Below, piece after piece: positions 50,626 to 59,600 of a DNA stretch of 64,000 nt. The position numbers were made by a program, and so were the translations under genes. A model generated the notes under the pieces. That model worked only from the letters and a program-made list of their open reading frames with translations. It was not told where the DNA came from and ran no database searches. How positions within the stretch are numbered: position 1 is the stretch's first letter; each line of letters starts with the position of its first letter. Location: positions 1 to 64,000 of the forward strand of contig JAUCBJ010001382.1 of NCBI GenBank assembly GCA_032718475.1. The letters run 5' to 3'. The DNA is from Nemertoderma westbladi (taxonomy: Eukaryota > Animalia > Xenacoelomorpha).

Positions 50626-53600
50626 TGCGAGTAAGTAGATTGCGAATTAGTCAATTGCGAATTATTATGTTGCGAATTATATAATTGCAGATTGTATAAT
50701 TGCAAGTCGTGCTATTGTGATCTGTGATTGCTGACGTTGATTGGTGTGTTATTGAAGTGTGCCTATGATTACGAATGCTTAGGTAGGCGCCCCTTTCTCT
50801 TTGATTGATTTCTATTTCTTAGTTACAACAAATAATTACTGATTAGGTCAAAGTAATACGGCATTTTAGGCTATTACTAGCGAAACCTGTTGTGTAATAA
50901 ATTAGAATTACGCATTCTGGAACTCTTAGTAATTAGTACGCTGTTACATATTTGTGACTGTAATTGATTAGTAAAATTAAGAATTAGTACGCAGCATAGC
51001 GGAGAGTAGCTAAGGTAATAATTTAGAGTACCGTAAACTATTCACGCTGAGCGGTTATTTGCATTAGCGGGCAATAAGCTAGATCGCAGTAGTCAGTACG
51101 CAAGACACTAGTAAGTTGCTGGCCTAAAGCCAGCTGCAGGCAAGTTTAGACCCAGAGCGGTATCACCTACGAAAGACATTGTACTGTACCAATTTTGATT
51201 ATTTAAATATTCTCGCATTCACACATTCCGTTAGGGAACCCCCAGTATTCGCGATTAGAAAAGACGTAGGCATTAGCGTACTTCAACAGTAGTAAAATTA
51301 GGCGTAAGAATATACTCTGAGTGCAAAGCCCCTCGCACTCGTCTTAAGTAAGCTTAGGGAGCCGACTCGGGTTTATTGTTTTGGTTATTCCCGCGTGGCT
51401 CATAGATTCGAACAGTTAGCTCTCTATCGAGCGATCGGTAGAGAAAGGAACAAGCGATTTTGCAGGAGCTGTGTAAATTTAGTAAAATATATTAGCGGAC
51501 GGCAGATTAGCGCCATCCAACGGTAAGTAGCGGTTTTGTATTTAGCAACCTTTACAATTTAGTAATAGCACGCTCCTGATCCCCTTTACTTAACAGTAGA
51601 GCAGTCTTTGTGTCTTATTCTGTTATTGGTTAGGCGAGAGCTCATTACAGTCATTAGGTTGGCAGAGAGGTATACGGGTATTTGTCTGTTCAACAGTTCT
51701 GCTGTTAGTATAGGTGTCGCGGTTGTTTAACAAACTCATTTAACTCATTTAACTCATTTAACTCATTTAACTCATTTAACTCATTTAACTCATTTAACTC
51801 ATTTAACTCATTTAACTCATTTAACTCATTCAACTCATTCAACTCATTTAACTCATTTAACTCATTTAACTCATTTAACTCATTTAACTTATTTAACTCA
51901 TTTAACTCATTTAACTCATTTAACTAATTCAACTCATTTAACTCATTTAACTCATTTGAACGATACCAATAGATAACATGCTGATTGGATACAGGCGATG
52001 CTCGTTCCTAAAACCAATAGATAACATGCTGATTGGATACAGGCGATGCTCGTTCCTAAAACCAGTAGATAACATGCTGATTGGATACAGGCGATGCTCG
52101 TTCCTAAAACCAGTAGATAACATGCTGATTGGATACAGGCGATGCTCGTTCCTAAAACCAGTAGATAACATGCTGATTGGATACAGGCGATGCTCGTTCC
52201 TAAAACCAGTAGATAACATGCTGATTGGATACAGGCGATGCTCGTTCCTAAAACCAGTAGATAACATGCTGATTGGATACAGGCGATGCTCGTTCCTAAA
52301 ACCAGTAGATAACATGCTGATTGGATACAGGCGATGCTCGTTCCTAAAACCAGTAGATAACATGCTGATTGGATACAGGCGATGCTCGTTCCTAAAACCA
52401 GTAGATAACATGCTGATTGGATACAGGCGATGCTCGTTCCTAAAACCAATAGATAACATGCTGATTGGATACAGGCGATGCTCGTTCCTAAAACCAGTAG
52501 ATAACATGCTGATTGGATACAGGCGATGCTCGTTCCTAAAACCAGTAGATAACATGCTGATTGGATACAGGCGATGCTCGTTCCTAAAACCAGTAGATAA
52601 CATGCTGATTGGATACAGGCGATGCTCGTTCCTAAAACCAGTAGATTACAGGCTGAACCAACTGAGCTACTCCGCGTTTCACTGCTTTAAAAAAGTGTCT
52701 TTTGCGAAATCGAACCCTCAGTATCGTGGCCATTCTTTCCATTAGTCGTAATTTTTTCATATCATTAGAAAGATTCGAAATATGTAACAATATCTGAATT
52801 TCGTTGAGAAAAAGCTGAGATATAGGAGTTCAAATATTGCAAGGATTATTGTTCGCTGCAGACCATTTATTCTATTTAATAAATAAACCATGTTCTGGAA
52901 CATTTTGTTTAAGTATGAATAGCTACATAATAGATCTATTGGATAGGCATTCCGCTGTCGCGTACCAACTCATAAAACCCGACAATGGCAGCCAGCGGGG
53001 TGATCCTTTGGCTTCCCTCTTCTTCAGCTCCAACATCCACGGGTTTGTGGACTTTTTAAACTGTATCTTCAATGTTTGGTTTCTTGACGATGGCTCCCTA
53101 GGTGGGTCCGCCCTTTCAGTTGCTGAAAATTCGAAGACCGTCATCAATTAAGCAGCTAAGTTGGGTCTATCGATCAAACCCACTATATGCGAACTCATCT
53201 TCCACAAGGACTTTCCTGCGAGTTTGAAGGAATCCACCCTCGCCACATTTCAATCCATCACCCCAGGCATTAAACCATTTGACTTCGAAGAATCCATCCT
53301 ACTAGGGGCACCTCTTGGTGATAAGGCCATGGAAACAGTCTTGGTGCAGAAACAGCTTGAACTATCTACCTTCGCTAGCCGTCTTCATCTACTTTCTGCA
53401 CATGATGCCGTTTACCTTCTGAGACACTGTTTTGCAATCCCGAAGCTAATGTACACACTTAGATGTGCTCCATGCTTTACATCACCACAGCTCGACATCT
53501 TCGATGAGACCATCAAAAAACCTCTGGAAATAGCTCTCAATATCCAGCTGGATGACATCACATGGCGTCAAGCTTCTCTACCCATCGCTCTTGGTGGCCT

Positions 53601-56600
53601 TGGGGTAAGGAGTACGAGGGACATCTCACTACCGGCCTTTTTGGCTTCATTCTCAGGATGCGGTCCCCTACTCCAATCCCTTCTTCCACCACCGATCATC
53701 GCAGCACCCAACCAATGGTTCGACCAAGGCCTGAGAGCCCTTCCAACAGACTACGAAGTACCCATCAACCCCATATTCCAGAAAGCCTGGTGCAACCCCT
53801 TGGATGTTACTGCCTCAAAGAAAATCCTTGATGGAGCGAAGTCCCCATCACACATGGCACGCCTTCTAGCTTCAGTGGCAGACCATGCAGGCGACTGGCT
53901 CCATGCCATGCCATCCCAATCTCATCTCTTGGTCTCCGTCTCGAGGACGACAAGCTCCGAGTAGGTGTAGCGCTACGTCTCGGAGCCCCTATCAGCGTCG
54001 AGCATAACCGCCGTGTTGTGGCGGTCTTGTAGACAGATGGGCCACCCATGGCCTCTCGTGTATCCACAATTATGGGAAATTCACCCGCCACGCAGAAAAT
54101 AAATAAAACATTCTAGAATTTTGTGTATTTAAATAGAATAAATGGCCTTCAGCGAAACAATAATTCTTGCAATCTTTGAACGCTTTTATCTCAGCTATTT
54201 CTCAACAAAATTCAGATATTGTTACATATTTCGAATCCTTGCAACGCAAGCTTTCTAATGATATGAAAAATTACGACTAATGTGAAGAATGGCAATGATA
54301 CGGAGGGTATGATTTCGCAAATGACAATTTTTAAAACGCTTATAACAAATTTAAAGGTGAAATCGAAAATTCCAGCTCCATGAGGTCATTGACGTTGAGT
54401 GGAACTAGTTGCGTTTCAAATTTCAAGCAATATGATAAAGATTTGTAGACAAATTGGGGGGGGGGGGGGGGGGGGGGGGGTGACCGTGTCATCAGAAAAT
54501 GAAACTATATTACGGCTCACGGTGTATATATGTAATATATATCATGCAGCATGCCGAAAGTTGTATAGTTATAGTTTTTTACCTGATAATAGTAGTTTTG
54601 CATTCCTACATGAAACGTTTATACTTCATGTAGACTACTTTTAAAATCATTAAATTATTTTATTGCAAACCTTTCAAGAGATTGGTGTTTTGCCTTTTGT
54701 TTATCGATGTCTCTCTTAAGTTTTTCATTATCTGTTTCCAATTTAGAAATCTTTCTATTTAATTCCATCACTTCGATATCTGATTTCTTTTCATCATCTT
54801 TACTTAATTTCAGCTCAACTTGTATTTCTTCAGTTTCAGGCTGATCAGGAGTGTCAGATGAAGATGCCCTAAGTTATGAAACTAAGCTGTTAGTATTTTT
54901 ATTATGATTATTATTGTTTCGAATTGCACTAAAAAGACTGCTCCTCCGTTATTTTGCATTTGTATTTTCCGATATTACATTTTCTGGAACCAGCATGTTT
55001 ATTGTTATCATATTCTCCAGCCACGTTTTGTATTTTATCTTCTATTTCTGATAACTGGCAATTTTGTAAAAAAAAATTCAAAACTAAAAAAAATGAACAA
55101 AAGCATGTTAATGCTGTACAGATAGATTGCTGGCGGATATTTCATGATAACTCGAGAACTAAAAGATATCTCTCCAAGATAACTCGAGAACTAAAAGAGA
55201 TCTCTCTAAGATAACTCGAGAACTAAAAGATAACTCTCCAAGATAACTTGAGAACTAAAAGAGATCTTTCTAAGATAACTCGAGAACTAAAAGATATCTC
55301 TCTAAGATAACTCGAGAACTAAAAGATATCTCTCTAAGATAACTCGAGAACTAAAAGATATCTCTCTAAGATAACTTGAGAACTAAAAGAGATCTTTCTA
55401 AGATAACTCGAGAACTAAAAGAGATCTTTCTAAGATAACTCGAGAACTAAAAGATATCTCTCTAAGATAACTCGAGAACTAACAGAGATCTCTCTAAGAT
55501 AACTCGAGAACTAAAAGATATCTTTCTAAGATAACTTGAGAACTAAAAGAGATCTTTCTAAGATAACTCGAGAACTAAAAGATATCTCTCTAAGATAAAT
55601 CGAGAACTAAAAGATATCTCTCTAAGATAACTCGAGAACTAAAAGAGATCTTTCTAAGATAACTAGAGAACTAATAGATATCTCTCTAAGAAAAGTCGAG
55701 AATTAAAAGAGATCTTTCTAAGATAACTCGAGAACTAAAAGAGATCTTTCTAAGATAACTCGAGAACTAAAAGAGATCTTTCTAAGATAACTCGAGAACT
55801 AAAAGATATCTCTCTAAGATAACTCGAGAACTAACAGAGATCTTTCTAAGATAACTCGAGAACTAACAGAGATCTCTCTAAGATAACTCGAGAACTAAAA
55901 GATATCTCTCTAAGATAAATCGAGAACTAAAAGATATCTCTCTAAGATAACTCGAGAACTAAAAGAGATCTTTCTAAGATAACTAGAGAACTAATAGATA
56001 TCTCTCTAAGATAACTCGAGAACTAACAGAGATCTCTCTAAGATAACTCGAGAACTAAAAGATATCTCTCTAAGATAAATCGAGAACTAAAAGATATCTT
56101 TCTAAGATAACTAGAGAACTAATAGATATCTCTCTAAGAAAAGTCGAGAATTAAAAGAGATCTTTCTAAGATAACTCGAGAACTAAAAGAGATCTTTCTA
56201 AGATAACTCGAGAACTAATAGATATCTCTCTAAGATAACTCGAGAACTAAAAGAGATCTTTCTAAGATAACTAGAGAACTAATAGATATCTCTCTAAGAA
56301 AAGTCGAGAATTAAAAGAGATCTTTCTAAGATAACTCGAGAACTAACAGAGATCTTTCTAAGATAACTCGAGAACTAAAAGATATCTCTCTAAGATAACT
56401 CGAGAACTAACAGAGATCTCTCTAAGATAACTCGAGAACTAAAAGATATCTCTCTAAGATAACTCGAGAACTAAAAGATATCTCTCTAAGATAACTCGAG
56501 AACTAAAAGAGATCTCTCTAAGATAACTCGAGAACTAAAAGATATATCTCTAAGATAACTCGAGAACTAAAAGATATCTCTCTAAGATAAATCGAGAACT

Positions 56601-59600
56601 AAAAGATATCTCTCTAAGATAACTCGAGAACTAAAAGAGATCTTTCTAAGATAACTAGAGAACTAATAGATATCTCTCTAAGAAAAGTCGAGAATTAAAA
56701 GAGATCTTTCTAAGATAACTCGAGAACTAAAAGAGATCTTTCTAAGATAACTCGAGAACTAAAAGAGATCTTTCTAAGATAACTCGAGAACTAAAAGATA
56801 TCTCTCTAAGATAACTCGAGAACTAAAAGATATCTCTCTAAGATAACTCGAGAACTAAAAGATATCTCTCTAAGATAAATCGAGAACTAAAAGAGATCTT
56901 TCTAAGATAACTAGAGAACTAATAGATATCTCTCTAAGAAAAGTCGAGAATTAAAAGAGATCTCTTTAAGAAAACTCGAGAACTAAAAGAGATCTCTCTA
57001 AGCCGTTTTAGATTTGAAATCCTCATGAAATTATGTTCTAGATGCAACAAAAAATAAATTTCTTAATTTTTTTACCGAGGGGGGGGGGGGGGGCTACCCC
57101 TCAACCCCCCCTTAAATCTCTGTTAAAATATACTGGTATTGGTGTAGAAGAGGAAATTATTGGCAATGCTTCCTAGTGGTGTGAGGTGGATATATATGCA
57201 TGTAGTCCTATTGTACCTTCTATTTGTAGATAGTACAGTGATCAAACCTTTCAACTTTAGAGGTTGACACTGAAGTGACATAATCAAGTTCTTGTTGGAG
57301 TTTTTCATTCTTATTAATGACATTTCTTATTTCTTCTTCCAAAATATTGATTTCATCTTTAGAAAATTGAAGTTCGAGTTGGCACTCTCTATGGTCCAAT
57401 TCTTCGTAGTTTTCATTTGATGCTAAAACCCTAAATTATGAGCAATCATGTTAGTTGGTGATAGTGAATAGTGAAATAATTAATAGGGAACAAGCTAAAA
57501 CTAGTGCATAAATTTTGATTAAATATTCTTCATTCTGGGACCCAAGAAAGATTTCAAATTCAATGTAACCAAAGAGCGAGTGACAGGCATTCCGCTTATC
57601 ATTTCTAATGCCACTATGATCAGTAATTGGGGATCTTCTCCACCAGATTGGTGGTTGCAGTTGTTGGTAATAACATGAGTTGAGTATATAACTAGTAGTT
57701 GTGAATGCAATGGGTGTGTGCATGTAGCCGGGGACTGCCATTGGATGATGGATACCATCAGAAAGGTCTGCAGTGAGATGCCCCTCATGCTTACACAGCA
57801 AAGGGAAGTGATGCAAAGGAACTGATGCAAAGGAAATGATGCAAAGGAAGTGATGCAAAGGAAGTGATGCAAAGGAAGTGATGCAAAGGAAGTGATGCAA
57901 AGGAAGTGATGCAAAGGAAGTGATGCAAAGGAAGTGATGCAAAGGAAGTGATACTTTCGTTAAGTATGAATGGTCTCGAAAGATAATCTAAAGGAGGAGA
58001 CTGAGTTGGAGAAGTTTTTAAGGAGGGAAGATGGCAATTAAGACTTGGAGAAAGTACTTAAGTTTGCACTACAAAGAAATTGAGGATGGAGATTAAGGAT
58101 GATTCGACCAGTGAAAATGTTTTTGAATATATCTTTAGCATTTTTTAGATTTAAATTTAAATAGATGCCAACCTTCCTATGGATTGAGGTTTTGTTTTTT
58201 TCGATTCAACTTCATAACTCACACCAGGAAGTGCAATTTGATCTTGATCAGGATGGTCATCAGTGTGTGACTCGGGGGCGACCCTAAATTAATGATGATG
58301 ATATTCGAATATTATGAAGTGCTTAATTTAGTTAATGAGTGTTTGAATGATATATATGTAGATTATCTGAGAAATTGTATACTTTATTTGAATGCATTAG
58401 CACTTACTAGTCCTAACTAACATATTAAATTAAAAGTTAAAGAAACTGTTTTCAGGGGGTGGGTTGTGAAAATCGCTCAAAATATGGTAATAAATTATTA
58501 TTAAGTAATTTAAACAGGATGGATGTATGGGACAGGAGGATGGATGGATGTTAAAACATAAAGCAATATTATGGTAATAAAATTGTTATATATTATTATT
58601 AAATTTAAGTCAATATTTATTATTTGCAAACCTTTTAATAGACAATGGTTTCCCTTTTAGACTATCAATATCTCGTTTCAGTGTTTCTATGTGAGTTTCT
58701 AAAGTCTTATTTCTCTTTGTTAGGATCTTATAGTCACTCTCAGCTCTCTTTGCATTAGCTTTAGAGGATTGGAGGTCAAGTTTAAGTTGTTTTGTATCAT
58801 CTTTAGCAGATTTCAGCTCAACTTTGAGTTGTTTAGTCTCAGAATGATCATGGGTGATGGGTGAAGGTGAAACTCTAAATGATGATGTCAGACATGTTAG
58901 TATGGTGAGATTCTGTGCAGAACAAATGATTGAGTTAGTATGAATTATTTAAAAATATATATTCTAACTTTACAAAAGTAATAGTAGTTAGCATCAGTTG
59001 GGAATCAAAGCCATCATACATAATTTTATTTAGGTAAAACATATTCAGCAAACCTTTGAATTTCTTCTGATCTTAAATCTGAAGTAACGTTATCAAACTG
59101 TTGTTGTAGTTTTTCCAGTTCCGATTCTTGTTTTTCATTCTTATTAACTAAATTTCTTATTTCCTCCCCTAAAATTTCTACTTCATCCTTTGAGAACTGA
59201 AGTTCGAGTTGGCACTCTCTATGGTCGGATTGCTCGTAAGTGATATTTAATGATGAAACCCTAAATTATGAGCAATCATGTTAACTGGTGATAGTGAATG
59301 GTGCAATAGTTAATGAGCTATGAGTAGATTAAGTGAATGGTGAAATAGTTAATGAGCTATGGGTAGATTAAGTGAATGGTGCAATAGTTAATGAGCTATG
59401 GGTAGATTAAGTGAATGGTGCAATAGTTAATGAGCTATGAGTAGATTAAGTGAATGGAGCAATAGTTAATGAGCTATGGGTAGATTAAGTGAATGGAGCA
59501 ATAGTTAATGAGCTATGAGTAGATTAAGTGAATGGAGCAATAGTTAATGAGCTATGAGTAGATTAAGTGAATGGTGAAATAGTTAATGAGCTATGGGTAG

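Larger units (their letters stand above)
20755..51732 (+). mobile_element. Full-length BEL/Pao LTR retrotransposon carrying two nested LTR elements
   Basis: TG..CA LTRs, 5-bp TSD aactc (20750-20754 and 51733-51737), gag-pol order gag-PR-RT-RH-IN with BEL-type motifs. Confidence 0.95.
41423..51732 (+). repeat. BEL 3' LTR, split by a nested element (41423-42331 plus 50378-51732)
   Basis: Matches the 5' LTR apart from about two substitutions and one GTAA unit noticed by eye. Preceded by the short purine-rich tract ggagcgg. Confidence 0.93.

Noticed and set aside
51965-52647. CRISPR-like array or 16-aa repeat protein
   Set aside because: Head-to-tail identical units with no spacers and no cas genes in a eukaryotic context; the ORFs are by-products of a 48-bp unit.
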